DNA of 64,000 nt from the human T2T-CHM13v2.0 reference genome, Homo sapiens, in the NCBI RefSeq assembly GCF_009914755.1, contig NC_060931.1. One strand, given 5' to 3'. Positions 1 through 14,776 of the stretch are shown piece by piece (positions within the stretch are counted from its first letter, which is position 1; every line of letters begins with the position of its first letter). The notes below the pieces were generated by a model that made no database searches, was not told where the DNA came from, and worked only from the letters and a program-made list of their open reading frames with translations. The position numbers and the translations under genes are program-made.

Positions 1-576
1 CACTGGAGTCTGTAACTAATGGTGCTTTTTGAGTCAAATGATTGTGATTTGAGAATCTGCTGGCGAGTGAAGCAGATACTTTCTGGCTAAAATGCTGACC
101 TGGCTTAGCCAGTTTTTGAATGCGTTTGGATTTCCAGTTGCAGTTCTGAGTGGGCTGTGGGAGGGAATGACTGTGGGCTGGTGTCCAGAAAGTGTCCAGA
201 AGACTGCTGACCGCCAGAACGTCATCCAGGAGATCTGCTGATTTCTCACACTGTATCAAAAGTGATAAGGGATCACTTTGTTTTCTGAATTAAGTGTTTT
301 TTTTTTTAGAATCGATCATATTGGATTTTGGCTTTTGTGGGAAGCGTTTTGAGCAGTATTATTTTTAGTTTGTCGTGGTTAAGAGTATAGGCGTCAGGGC
401 CAAGCCGCGTGGGTCTCCACGTGGGCTGAGCCGCTTCCTAGCATCGTGACTGCACTCATTCCCCAGCCCCTGCGTCCTCAGGTGCAGGATGGGCCAGGCG
501 TAAGCGTCTCATGGAATTATTAGGTCACCCTTACACAGGCTGAAGTGTAGTGCTTGATATGTGATAGATATTACTA

Positions 577-910
577 CAGGCATAACTTGGAGATTTTGTG
601 GGTTCAGTTTCGGACCATCCCAGTGAAGTGAATGGTGCAATGAAGTGAGCCACACACACTTTTTGGTTTCCTGGTGCACATGAAGGCTATGTTTGCACTG
701 TATTATGGTTTAAGTGTATAATAGCATTATGTCTAAAAAACCAGTGTACATACCTTCATTTAAAAATATGTTATTGCTAAAATATGCTGATACAGAGACA
801 CGAAGTGAGCGTGTGCTTTTGGGAAAATGGCGCTGACAGACCTGCTTGGTGCCGTTTCCTCAAACCTTCAGTTGGTAACAAACACATTATGGGTGAAGTG
901 GAATAAATGC
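577..910 (-). mobile_element. Tigger1 (TcMar) internally deleted DNA transposon
   Basis: TA|CAGGCATA terminus and both Tigger1 end sequences joined (…gctaaaatatgctga|tacagagacacgaagtgagc…). Confidence 0.75.
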
Positions 911-929
911 CGTCTTCTAGTGAGGCGTC

Positions 930-1185
930 CTGACCACCCTGCTCTAGACTGCACCTCGGCGCTTTTTCCCACGTCATTTTGCCCAGCCTTGCTTTATTTT
1001 TTTCTCCATAACATTCATCTCCTAATTTGCTACATACTTTAGTTATTTATACTTAATAGTTCTGTCTCCCTACCCGAAACACATCTCAAGAGGGCGACCA
1101 TTTTGATATGTCAGATTCATTGCTGACCCGTGGTGCTTAGAACACTCCTGGCCCATGCGAGGTGCTCAGTAAATGCTGCTGACCT
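930..1185 (+). mobile_element. L2 3' fragment
   Basis: cctggcccatgcgaggtgctcagtaaatgctgctga resembles the L2 3' terminus. Confidence 0.5.
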
Positions 1186-1554
1186 GGTGAACGAGATGCA
1201 CGGCAGGCTATGGGGCCTGGGGGCTTTGCGCTCTCACAGAGGAGTCAGGGAAGGAGGGGTTGCCAGGCTGGTGAGGTGGTGAGTGAGGGCTTTCCAGGCA
1301 CTAGAGACATCCCTCAGAGATGCTCAGAGTCTGCAAGACCACAGAGATGTGGAGGCCGGAGGGCGGGGGTACAGGTTGGGGTGAGACCTGAGGGGCCTTT
1401 GTCTGCTGTCTGGGGGGTTTGACTTTAGATTTGAAGACCAACTCTATAATCTTACTGAAAGAAGTATTTCAAAAGATAGGCTCAGTAAATATTTGTTAAA
1501 CTGCGAAAGTAAACAAACCTTGAGTTCAGAATCTGATTTTAGGAAGTCATGTTA

Positions 1555-1854
<300 letters not shown>

Positions 1855-2128
1855 CTATAAGCAGTGAAATAAAGCAGTGATGTATGCTATTTCTGTCATT
1901 ACTTTGAAAACAGTATTAGATGAATAGGGCATTTTAAAATGTTTTGTCTGTGCTAGATTCGCTGATGAGAGCTTTCTTTCAGACTGCTGTGTGGGATAAT
2001 CTGCTTCTTTTCTGTAAGTAAAGGGATTTTATTTTAAAATGTTAAAATGTTATTATTTATGACATCTTTTCTTTATTTCTTAGAAAAATGTTTACTTACT
2101 CTTCCTTGTGGAAATTGATTAAGAATGC

Positions 2129-2463
<335 letters not shown>

Positions 2464-3374
2464 CTAAATGTGTATATTTCTGAGGTACAGAATTATTAGA
2501 GTAAGCACTGTTGCTTTACTTTGAGATGAGTTGGAAAGAATACATTTATTGGTAATTTCACATATTTCTCTTTTTTTCTGCTTTTTCCTCACTCTGAAGG
2601 TGAAACAAGCATAGGTGATAAGAAACCAAAGCAAATGACGCCTGTAAGCCACATTTAAGCCATCAGAGTAATTCTGGATAGTCACTTGAGTTGAAAAATA
2701 ATAAGCTCAGACAACGTTTTAATCCTCATAAAAGACTAGTTAGAAAACCAATTTTACTTTGATGCAAGCAAGCTAGCTAAAGTTAGAGAAGGGGTACTAA
2801 GAAAATGAGTGGGGACAGTCTGTTCTCTCCTGATCCCGCCCCTCAGCTGCTCGGGGGACATCTCCTTGTGTTTAATCTTCCATCAAGACTCCTGCTGAAT
2901 ACATTTTAGGAATGAGAGGCAGACTCTCAACCATGTCATTTTCTCAGAGAAAATTGGATTGTGTGTTGGTAATAACGGTACCTGTCACACTGAGAAATGG
3001 TTTGTCGTAGGCATGGCTGAGAGGCTTCAAACCGACTTTGTTGTGGTTTGCTCTCTAATTTATTTCTTATGTTTTCAAGCACCAGGAAAGGGATGCTGAC
3101 AGTGTGAGGGGCTGTGAAGCCTGCGAAGTTGGGTCTAGGGCTTTTTCCTTTTCCTTGTATAAAGTAACTTTTAGAATGGAAATAACCCTTCCATTAAAGT
3201 GTTTCCATTTCATCTGGGCGAGGGGGGAGGTATGCTTTTGTAGTTGAGTGTTAAGACGAGAAAGGTTTTCCTTGGTTTCAGTTACTGTAACACTTAATTT
3301 TTGATTTTCTGTTTGTCATGTGCAACATGGTGGTTGGTGGTAAGAATGGGTTCATTTCTTTTCCTCCAAAGGGA

Positions 3375-3935
3375 CTAAGGATCTAGAACCAGAAATACCA
3401 TTTGACCCAGCAATCCCATTACTGGGTATATACCCAAAGGACTATAAATCATTCTGCTATAAAGACACATGCACACGTATGTTTATTGCAGCACTGTTCA
3501 TAATAGCAAAGACTTGGAACCAACCCAAATGCCTATCACTGATAGACTGGATAAACAAAATGTGGCACATATACACCATGGAATACTATGAAGCCATAAA
3601 AAAGGATGAGTTCATGTCCTTTGCAGGGACGTGGATGAAGCTGGAAACCATCATTCTCAGCAAACTATCACAGGAACAGAAAACCAAACACTGCATGTTC
3701 TCACTCGTAAGTGGGAGTTGAACAATGAGAAGACATGGACACAGGGAGGAGAACACCACACATCCGGGCCTGTTGGTGGGCCTGTTAGGGGAGGGAGAGC
3801 ATTAGGAGAGATACCTAATGTAGATGACGGGTTGGTGGGTGCAGCAAACCACCGTGGCACGTGTATACCTGTGTAACAAACCTGCACGTTCTGCACATGT
3901 ACCCCAGAACTTAAAGTATAATAATAATTTAAAAA
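3375..3935 (+). mobile_element. L1PA (PA7-like) 3' fragment
   Basis: ORF2 C-terminus (MFIAALF…[12 protein letters not shown]), 3'UTR and A tail. Confidence 0.92.
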
Positions 3936-4589
3936 GTAGTAATGCTTCCTCCATTTCCCACTGTGTCAGATGTAGAGGTTTTTACAGCCACTGACCACTT
4001 TTTGCTCTATTAGGAGATGGCAAGTCATTTGACGTTGATTGGCCCTCAAGGCCAGGGTTCCACCTCACTGCTTCAGAGTCTTTCTGTTTGTCCTGGGGAG
4101 ACATGCTGTGTTGATGGGTGTTGTGTGCTGCTGTGGAGGGGAGTCCACATTATAAGAGGGTTGTTGTTGGGTTTTGAAGTATATCCAGAGGAGCATCCCC
4201 AGAACAGCAAGAGTTCCTGAAAAGATGACCGGTGAGAAATGGTTGAGGGAAGTAGCATTGTTTGACTTGCGACCTGGCAGGGAGCATGAGGCTGTCTTGG
4301 GACATGTGATGGGCAGCTAGACGGTGAGCAGTGCCAAGGAAAGAGAGAAACCAGGGCCAGGTGGGTACCAGATTTCAGCTCAGCACAGGGAGAGCTACTT
4401 TACAAATTGGTCTATACAAGGTGGGGTCCGAATTCTGTGTCACAGGAAGGGAGGCAGTGTGGACTGGTGGTTAGAGTGCTGTGCTGAGCACATGGGCTGC
4501 GGGGCGGGGGGTGGCGCCCATGTGTGTTGAGTGCGTGGATCCTGCATGGTGGTGAGCATGAGGTCTGCAGGTGTGGATGCCACGTGACC

Positions 4590-4810
4590 GAGAGCTTCTA
4601 GACTGCCAGGTGTGTGTTCTGCCCTGCCTACTGCTTGTTCAGTTGTGTGACTTTGGCAGGTTACTTGATCTCACTGTGCCTCAGCGTCCTTCTCGGCAGA
4701 ATGGGGATGGGAATAGTACCTGCTTTATCCCATTTTTGGCAAGGTGAAAGGAGTTGGTGTGTGGAATTGCCTTCAGCTGTGTCAGGCAGCGCGTAAGCAC
4801 TGTGATTGTA
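4590..4810 (+). mobile_element. MIR
   Basis: MIR core: tgtgtgactttggcaggttacttgatctcactgtgcctcag…atggggatggg. Confidence 0.65.
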
Positions 4811-5091
4811 TTCCATGAAATGACTTCAAGTGATATTCTGGAATCGCGCTCCACATCCAGGCCAGGGCAGCAGATTCCTCACCCGCTGCGGCCTCTAGCC
4901 GATTGACTTTTCTATTTTTAAAGTTCCCAGGGATTTTGCCTGGTTTCCTTTGCTTTTTTGCCCTGAGCAGCCGCTGCCTTTTGGGACTCCTGCACATCTC
5001 GGGTTAGCTGCAGAGTGGCACACCACTTCCCCAGTGGCCCTCTTTGCTGGTGTACAGGCACCTTTGGTTTTACTGCTCAGCGCTAACTAGG

Positions 5092-5277
5092 GCAGGGTTT
5101 CTTAGCCTTGGTGCTGTTGACATTTCCATTGTAGGATGTTTAGCAGCATCTCTGGCCTCTACCCACAAAGTGCCAGTAGCACCTTCCCACCCCCACCCAG
5201 TCCTGACAATCAAAATCATCTCCAGATGTTGCTTAATGTCCCCTGGAGGCACAATTGTCCCTGATTGAGAACCCGCG
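5092..5277 (-). mobile_element. MER20 (hAT-Charlie)
   Basis: cagggtttcttagccttgg…tgtcccctggagg…ttgagaacc matches the MER20 consensus. Confidence 0.75.
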
Positions 5278-7109
5278 CACTAGGGAGAAACATTAGGAGG
5301 TTACCAGAGTCCAAGGACTTAATCAGAAATTGTCAGTTATTGTTTCTGGTTCTTGAGTTACTTGCTGGAGTCTTTTTTCCCTTACTGACCCCCTTTTATT
5401 CCAGAGGGTAGAGCAAGTGAAATGCTCCTCGTTCATTCCACGATGCCTGGGGAGGGCCCCTGCTTACCGAGCGCTGTGTGTAGTGGCGGCTTCAGGGAGG
5501 AGTGGACGGACCGGGTGTAGACCTGGCCCTGCTCCAGCCTCTGCATGGCCCAGGGCGGAGAGGGCCAAACAAGAGAACCCACTGTGCTTGTCGCCGTCCT
5601 GCCTTCCCTGGGCCGGTGCTGACGTCATTACCCTCTAATTTCCCCTCAGACCTGCGAGCGGCCTGGTGATGTCTTCACAGATGAGGGCGTGGGAGCCCAC
5701 GGGTGGGGGGTTTGCTGCTTCTTTCAGGCCCCAGCACCAGACAGCGGGGGGAGTGTGAGGCCTTTGGGCATCCCCACCTGGCTCCAGGGAGTAGGCTGGG
5801 GTCAGATTGTGAAGGGCTCCGAACGCCCTGTCAGGAAAACGGGGTTTCTACTGCTTTGTCTTCTTAAACGCTTGTCTTCTGCTGGGCTCTGCTCCGGCAG
5901 TTCCATAGAGCCTGTCACTTAACACTTGTATGTTCCTTTTAGACTGTATTCCACCCTCCACTCTCGCTCTGGCAGGTCCCCCTTGTCCCCTGAAACTTCT
6001 GCTGTCGGCGGCGGGGTGAGGGGAAAGAGTTGCAGCCGGGAGTCGGCCCCATGGGTGGTGCAGGACGGCTTAGGGCCGGGCGGTTCAGGGGCTGCTGAAG
6101 TACGAGCCAGCTCCCTCGACCTTGTCCTTGGGAGGCGCCGTCCGGGACAGCTCTGCTCTGGCCGGCCTCCCCCAGGACGTGCCCACACAGGGACCTTTCT
6201 AACCGCAGGCTGTAGTTCTTCTGTGGATAGAGATAAAGTTCAGTTCAGTAATTCTAGGCTGAAGCTCAACATGATGAAAATGAGAGCACTTTGCAGCATT
6301 AATGTAGAAACAGTATCTGGGCAGAGCTGGCGGGAGACATGTAGGACGGCAGCCTGCCTGGTGGCGCGTGTGCAAGAGACCTCACCAACTCTGCGTTCTT
6401 ACAGATCCGGAACCCGCTGTGTGTGCCACATCCGTGTAGACAGTGGACGTGGGGATGTATCTGCTGGTAGTTGTCGTGTTCCGAAGCTCAGGCAGGAGCA
6501 AAACACGAGTTTTAAACCTGTTATTTGGCCTGGGGCACAGAAGCTCTCGCTTTCTCCCAGAGTCCTCTGTAAAGTGTGTCTGTGTGAAAGAGGACATTTG
6601 CCAGTGGGGAGGAGTTGGGCTGGAGGGTGGGGACAACAGGAGTGTATTCAGAGGGCGGAAGGAACAGGGTGGACCGTTACTTTGGGGAGGAGTGAGTAGA
6701 GATCAAGGGTTGTTCCTTCTTAAATAGTAAAGGGTTTGTTGAGTTTACTGGTTCACATGAGAATTTCTGAACACAAAGCAAGGCGTGGAACTAGGGTGGG
6801 AGCTGGAGTTTGCTTTTAGGAAAGGCCTGGAAGTATAGTGCATATTGTTTTCCTGTTGTCCATAGCAACTATGGGGGATTCAATGTTAAAAATGTTAAAA
6901 TAAAATTGGGCGACTTGGCTCAATCTTATGTCCTCACACAGTTACAGAACATTGAGAAATGAAGAGTTAGAGACTGTACACATTGGCCAAATGTACACCC
7001 TCTTTAGGGCATCTTTCTTCTCATTTAAGTCCCCGATGCCACCTTTTCAGCAAGGCCATTCCTGCCCTCTCAACTCAGAGTGGCCCCTTGCCATCACTTG
7101 GTATTATGT

Positions 7110-8770
7110 TGCTCTGTTTAAAAGGTTCAACTTTGAGATATAATTTATGTAGAGTCAAATGAACCATTTTAAATGTACGGTTTGAAAAGATGTGACAAGT
7201 TTACATACTTAACGTGATAATCACCACAGTTAAGGTACAGAAGGGAACCATCGCTGGCAGAAGTTCCTCAGCCCCTGCTCCAGGAAGGCACCCATCTGCT
7301 TCCTATCACTGTAGATGGGATTTGACTTCCCGAAGTTTCATATACAGGAGTCCCTTCTTATCCATGGGGCATGCGTCCCAAGACCCCCAGTGGATGGTTG
7401 AAACTGTAGATGGTACCACACCCTCTGTATACGATCTTTTTTTCCTGTACATACATACTTTTGATAAAGTTTATAAATTAGGCACAGTAAGAGACTAGCA
7501 GCAATAACTAATAATAATATGGATCAGTTATAACAGTGTGTTATACTGAGTGACTCAGGGCAGGTGGCATATACGGTGTGGACATGCTGGACAAAGAGAA
7601 GAGACTCGTGCCCTAAGCGGGACAGAGTGGGACAGCTCGAGATTTCATCATGCTTCTCAGAATGGTGCGCAGTTTAAAACCTACAAAGTGTTTATTTCTG
7701 GAATTTTCCATTTAATCTTTTCAGACTGTGGCTGACCATGGGTAACTGACACCGTGGAGCGGGAGCCGCAGATAATGGGGGGCTGCTGGAAATGGAGTGC
7801 TCCGCGTGTTCTCTTGTTTCCGGCTTCCTTCACTCGGTGCTTTTGAGGTGTGCATGTCATTTGACCCTTCTTTCTGCTGGGAGAGCCTCAGCGAGCGGCT
7901 GTGCCACAAGTCAGCCGTCCCCTGCTGGTGGACATTTGAGTTGTTTCCAGTCTTAGCTATTACAAAAAACCCTGCTATGAACATTGGAAATGTACTGAGT
8001 GTCTGCTGGATATGTTTTATTCTCCTTGGGAAGTACCCAGGAGTGCAGTTGCTTTGTTGTATGGTAAGTTTTTCCAAAGTACTTACAGCATCTACCCTCC
8101 CACCAACAGTGTACAAGAGTTGCAGTTGTTCGTCTTAACCCAAACTTGGTGTGTGGTGGATTTAAGCTGTATGATCCTGATGACAAATGTTGTTGACTGT
8201 CTTTTCCTGTACTTAGTGGTCATTTGTATATTTTCTTTTGTGAAATGTCCGTTTGAATCTTTTGCCCAATTTTAATTGATTTGTTTATTAAGTGACAACT
8301 CAATAGTAAGAGTTCTTCAGATATCCTGGATACAAATTCTTTGTCAGATTTATGTGTTGCAGATTTTTTTGCTAGTCTGTGGCTTGTCTTTTCATATTCT
8401 TGGTGGTTTTTGAAGAACAGAAATGTATGGAAGCCCATTTATCAACTTTTTTCTTTTATGGTTCATGCTTTTTTATGTGCTAGCTAAGAAATTTTTGCCT
8501 ACCACAAAATTACGAAGTTTTTAAAAAATGGGTTTTCAAAGAAATTTTGTACTTTTAGCCCTTACATTTAACTCAGTGATAAATTTTGAGTTAATTTGTG
8601 TATATGAAATGAGAAAGTAAATAAATGTTCATCCTCTCACTCCATGGATATCAATTATTCCCACATCATTTGTTGAAGAAGACTGTTATTTCCCTATTGA
8701 AGTATCTTGATGACTTTGTCTAAAATCATTTGACCACATATGCATAGCACTGTTTGTATGGTTATGTGAA
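7110..8770 (-). mobile_element. Old L1M (L1ME/L1MD-like) fragment, interrupted by MER44
   Basis: T-rich antisense L1 3' region/ORF2 remnants; catata|…|aatggagt is continuous across the MER44 insertion. Confidence 0.75.
7345..7788 (-). mobile_element. MER44 (Tigger7-derived)
   Basis: TIRs caggagtcccttcttatcc … gataatggggggctgctg, inserted at TA. Confidence 0.8.
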
Positions 8771-8889
8771 TAAAAGAAATGAATTTATATAATGCCTTTG
8801 AAGGAAACTCAAGATCATGTAATACTTCTCAAGTATTATAATAAACATTTATTTTCATACCCTACTGAATAATTTTTTAGTTAAAAAAC

Positions 8890-9599
<710 letters not shown>

Positions 9600-11343
9600 T
9601 AAAAAACTTTTTTTTAAATAAAATGTTTTTTTAAAAAAATCTATTACATTAATTTGTTGGCTTAATATTTGCCTTTTACATAAAAGTGGAATTTAAATGT
9701 ATTAAAATAGCCATAATAGTGATTTAAAAAAATCTAGGTTGTTAGGCTTACGTTTATTTGAAATAGAAATTTATCTGAAAACTAAATGGCCATTCTAGAT
9801 GTAATGGTCATTTACCATTTCAAGAAACAAAGTTTTATGATGATGTCGTCTGTTACAAATTCTTTCTTATTGTCTGAAATCCAGCTCTCAGTTTGGCTGG
9901 GTAAACTGGCCTTTTTGAAGTTTTCTGAGGATAAATTTTATCTCTCACTATCTTTTTGGTGACCTAGTTTGATTACAGTGGTAAAAATTATTACAGAGCC
10001 TTATGCACAAGAGCCCATGTATGTCTTAAGAAGGTGGAGTTACTGTTCAGTTCGGGTATCACTCCAAGGATTTAATGTGAGTCTGATTGTATTTGTTAAG
10101 TCCTCTTTTGTATTTGATCTATTTTCTACCACAGCAAAGTCAACAGAAAAAGCCTGTAATGCTACCAGATACAGATTATCTACTTCTAGGCCAGAAGTAA
10201 ATCTGAGAGGATTTAGAGGAAATTAGTACAACCGGTGAGCTCTCATACAGTGGTCGACCTGGTTGGTGAGACCATCTTGTCCACTTGCCATGGCCAAGTG
10301 GGGTCCGTTGCTGTCTTATCCACCACCTGCAACTGTGAGTGTCTTAATCGACTCGGTTTAGGGACTTTTGTTTTCTTCAACTTGTCTTTGCTTTGAAGTT
10401 TTAATATACATTTATATACAGTATATGCTGGGTAATATAATATACGTTATAACCTGGACTCAGAGCACCCCTCAGTTAGTGTTTTCATTTTTTGCCCTTT
10501 TTCTGTCTCTCCTGTTCCACATTCTTCTCATTTGCTGAGTACTTTCTGAGCTCATGATGTTCCTTTCTGAGTTTTCTAACTTCTCCAGAAGCACCTTGAT
10601 GGCACAGGCCATCCCGAATCTTGCCAGTATTCATGCAGTGTTGTCTTCAGGTTTTATTTGTTGCCTAGTTTTTAAAGTTCACTGTCTGTGGCCACGCTGA
10701 TGGTGCCCATGCAGAGTGCTGACCGCAAGGAGCTCTATTCCGTGCTGAGCTGGACACTTGGAGCTCCCATGACGTTTCACGGTGAGGAAGCAGGGATTCT
10801 GAATCGCAAAGGAGCAGCGCGAATGAGGGCTGTTTGGCCTCCGCCTGTTGCTGGGTTGTGACCTCCCTTCACAGAATCTCTTGAGATGGATGCCACTCCT
10901 GAAGTGACTTGGCTCTGTTTTAGGGGCCTGCTCGTGGGGTGGTGTGTGCAGCTCTCCCGGCGCTCAGGAAAAGTGGAGTACAGGGACACCTGAGGGATGA
11001 TCTGCCATCGGCCAGGGCCCTGCCTGCCTTAGCCCCCGCTGAGAGCTCAGCATAGTCGTAGCTTCCACCTGCAGCTGTCTTCCTGAGCATTTTCTTAAGT
11101 GAAAATAAAGATTCAGCCATGAAATGATTTTTGTTTTATTTATTTATTTTTAGTGTAGGAAACAAATAGAATTGCTTTTTAGAAGAAAAATCTGAAATGA
11201 ATGCATTTAAAACATTCAAATGATTGTTATAAAGATGCAGATCCTCAGAATGACAAAGTATGTGTTTTAAAGTTCCCTGTTTACATTTCTGAACTTTTAG
11301 GAATCTCTAGGTTGGGGAGGTTGAGACATCTTCAAGCATCCCA

Positions 11344-12492
11344 GTGAGCCCCAGCGCCTGGGCTGCAGTCTGCAGTGAGCTCTAGTGCCCGGGCTGTAGT
11401 CTGCAGTGAGCTCTAGTGCCCGGGCTGTAGTCTGTAGTGAGCCCCAGCGCCCGGGGCTGTAGTCTGCAGTGAGCTCTAGTGCCCGGGCTGTAGTCTGTAG
11501 TGAGCCCCAGCGCCCGGGCTGCAGTCTGTAGTGAGCTCTAGTGCCTGGGCTGCAGTCTGCAGTGAGCTCTAGTGCCCGGGCTGTAGTCTGCAGTGAGCTC
11601 TAGTGCCCGGGCTGTAGTCTGTAGTGAGCCCTAGTGCCCGGGGCTGTAGTCTGCAGTGAGCTCTAGTGTCCGGGCTGTAGTGTGTAGTGAGCTCTAGTGC
11701 CCGGGCTGTAGTCTGTAGTGAGCCCTAGTGCCCGGGCTGTAGTCTGTAGTGAGCTCTAGTGCCGGGCTGTAGTGTGTAGTGAGCCCCAGCGCCCGGGCTG
11801 CAGTCTGTAGTGAGCTCTAGTGCCTGGGCTGTAGTCTGCAGTGAGCCCCAGCGCCCGGGCTGCAGTCTGTAGTGAGCCCCAGCGCCCGGGCTGCAGTCTG
11901 TAGTGAGCTCTAGTGCCCGGGCTGTAGTCTGCAGTGAGCCCCAGCACCCGGGCTGTAGTCTGCAGTGAGTTCTAGCGCCCGGGGCTGTAGTCTGCAGTGA
12001 GCTCTAGTGCCCGGGGCTGTAGTCTGTAGTGAGCTCTAGTGCCTGGGCTGTAGTCTGCAGTGAGCCCCAGTGTCTGGGCTGTAGTCTGCAGTGAGCTCTA
12101 GTGCCTGGGCTGCAGTCTGTAGTGAGCCCCAGCGCCCGGGCTGTAGTCTGCAGTGAGCTCTAGTGCCCGGGCTGTAGTCTGTAGTGAGCTCTAGTGCCTG
12201 GGCTGTAGTCTGTAGTGAGCCCCAGTGTCCGGGCTGCAGTCTGCAGTGAGCTCTAGTGCCCGGGCTGTAGTCTGCAGTGAGCTCTAGTGCCCGGGCTGTA
12301 GTCAGCAGTGAGCCCCAGTGTCCGGGCTGTAGTCTGCAGTGAGCCCCAGTGTCCGGGCTGTAGTCTGTAGTGAGCTCTAGTGCCCGGGGCTGCAGTCTGT
12401 AGTGAGCTCTAGTGCCCGGGCTGTAGTCTGTAGTGAGCCCCAGTGTCCGGGCTGTAGTCTGCAGTGAGCTCTAGTGCCCGGGGCTGCAGTCC
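11344..12492. repeat. Intronic minisatellite, 31-32 bp unit, ~37 copies
   Basis: Unit GTGAGC(TCT/CCC)AG(T/C)GCCCGGGCTGTAGTCTG(C/T)A with interspersed variants. Confidence 0.97.
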
Positions 12493-14776
12493 GCTCCGCA
12501 GGGCTCACCGTGATGTTTTCTTCGCGTCTGTAGCTCAGTGTCTTTAACACAGCAACTGCCTGCTGAATGCAGTGGGATGTTTGCTGCCCATCACAGGGAT
12601 GTTTAGGCTGTTGAAGTTTGTCCTTCAATTACTGAAGGAAGAAAGGAATTCAAAATGAGAACCCAGCATCCTTTCATAAACTCGTTGAACAATTAACTGT
12701 ATTTTGCCTGAAGATCAGGCAGCTGGGCTTCAGCTCTCCTATTTGTCTGTCCTTAGAAACCCACACCCCTGCCCCCTCCTGCCTGCTTGCCTTCTAGTGT
12801 GGAAAATTTGAAACAGGCAGGAAAGTATATCCAATATACACGGATGAAGTAGCTGAAGGAATCTGGGTGAGGAGAAGTCAGGGCGGCAGAAGAGCGCAGC
12901 AGGGTCAGATGAGGACAGAGCCCGTGCACACAGTTCTGTGGTCGCACCTAGCTGTGGGAGAGGCCCCTCGTGGCTCTGAGCTGCTCAGCAGACACAGGGC
13001 CCCTGGGACATATGATTAAGGCCAGTGGGTTTTCCGAAGAGGCCCAGCTTTTTCTGACACTGAGACCTGAGAGAAATTTCTTCTTTAGACCCTCACTAGG
13101 AATACCTCCTTCACCCATCCCTACAGTGGATAATGATGCGCGTTTCTTCCCGCCGTGTCTTCTAATGGCTCGCGGTGCAAGTTCAGAGGGTGAACAGTCT
13201 TGTGAGTGAATACTGAAGGAATGCTGAGCAGACAGGGAGCACTCCCCTGGGACTTTTGGATCCAGTGATAGAATTTAGGAGACTTAGAGGTGTGAATGGA
13301 CTATGTACCTCTCAGATTATCCTTCAGAATAACAATAGCTCAGAACGTGGAGATGAGGCAGCAGGTGTGCCCACGGTGCTGTGTTGGCCATTGGGTGTTA
13401 CAGTAAGAAGCAGACCCGCGTCTTCGACAGTCGTCTTGGGAAGGATGAGCTCACCAAGTCTGGGGTGACAGTCAGGGAACCTGGCCCTGTGGCCCCTCTC
13501 CTACACTACGGTGGGCCAAGGGACAGCTCTCAGACACCCCAGGCTTCCTTGGGGCACTGTTTGGGATCCCCTGACATATGGGCTGTTAGGAGACCAAGGC
13601 TGCAGCATTCCCTGCCAGAGAGCGAGGCTGGAGGAATCTTAGCCTGGAAAAGTTTTAAAGGAGTTGTCTGTGGTGGGCTTTAAAAAAGCAAATGAAAAAC
13701 AATAGCAAAAGAACAAAAAAACAAACCCCAAAACCTCAGCAAAAGCGCCCTTAGAAATGTCTAATTCCAAGCACTGACCCATCCTTGTTCTTCCCCAGTC
13801 CTCACTTAATTCTTAATTGGATATAAGCCAGGGTCTGTCTCTCCAGAATATCATCGGCCAGCGTGGCCAATCATGAGAGAGCAGGACCAGGGGTCAGTTG
13901 AGGCTTATTCTAAGATGAGATGATCAAAATACCAACATGCTTTTAAGTTATGATTCTTGATATTATGGTAACTAGGTATGCAGTGTGTCTGAAAGAGTCA
14001 CCAGGCCACAAGACCCATCTGAAGGAAGCCAGGGATCAGAATATAACCCTGTTTACGTGATTTCCAGCTGCCACCCCCCCGTAGCTGCAGCTGTGGTTGA
14101 TGGTCCCTAGACTCTGACAGGAGCCAGGCGCTCTCAGGTTGGTCATGAGAGATTTCTCCACAGGGTCACAGAGGACAACAGTGATTATTCATGATGCTGA
14201 TCCTGGGGCAGGATGTTGGCTTGAAAACTAGACTTAAAATGGGTCAAGAAGGCAGGTGCCCAGTGACCTCATGGTCTCCCTGTGGCGAGGGGCGTCAGGG
14301 GGCTGCCTCTCGAGAAATGGACGTGACAGCGGTTTCCTTGGTTGGCCACGCCGACAGAGTTTTGAGAAAGCAAACAAGTACATAGCAGTGAAACCCCCAG
14401 ATGAGGACAGACTGCAGAGTTCTCAGGGCAGAAGACCATTGCCAGGTATTTTATTCAGTGTGTTCATGATCAGATAGTCCCCGTAAGGCATGGGTACCCT
14501 TTAGGGGGTCTGCTATGCTCAGGGCTGTTCCCTGTGAGTAGAAGTGTGGGGCCGACACCAAGGAACGGGGTGGGGTGGGGGTTCCGGAGGATCGCTTCAC
14601 TGCTGCAGAGAGCCCTGAAGGGTGGCCTCAGAACCGCCCTGGTTCCCAGCCCTGAAGGCCAAGCCCAGATCCTCCCTTAACAATATATTAGCCTTGACCT
14701 TGAAGCTGATAACAAAATATTGTGGCACAGTTTTGTGAGGCTCTGTCCCTGGCCAAGCCACTGTAGAAGGTTTAGC

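Noticed and set aside
5926-6699. 257 aa + strand ORF
   Set aside because: Non-ATG start, intronic, no recognisable domain; R/S/G/C-rich composition is typical of chance GC-rich ORFs.
10251-10334. Possible cryptic exon (catacag|TGG…ACT|gtgagt)
   Set aside because: Poor polypyrimidine tract and no homology; cannot be supported without RNA data.
11344-12492. CRISPR-like appearance of the ~31-35 bp repeat arrays (also 15086 and 30700)
   Set aside because: Units are head-to-tail with no unique spacers, there are no cas genes, and the context is eukaryotic.
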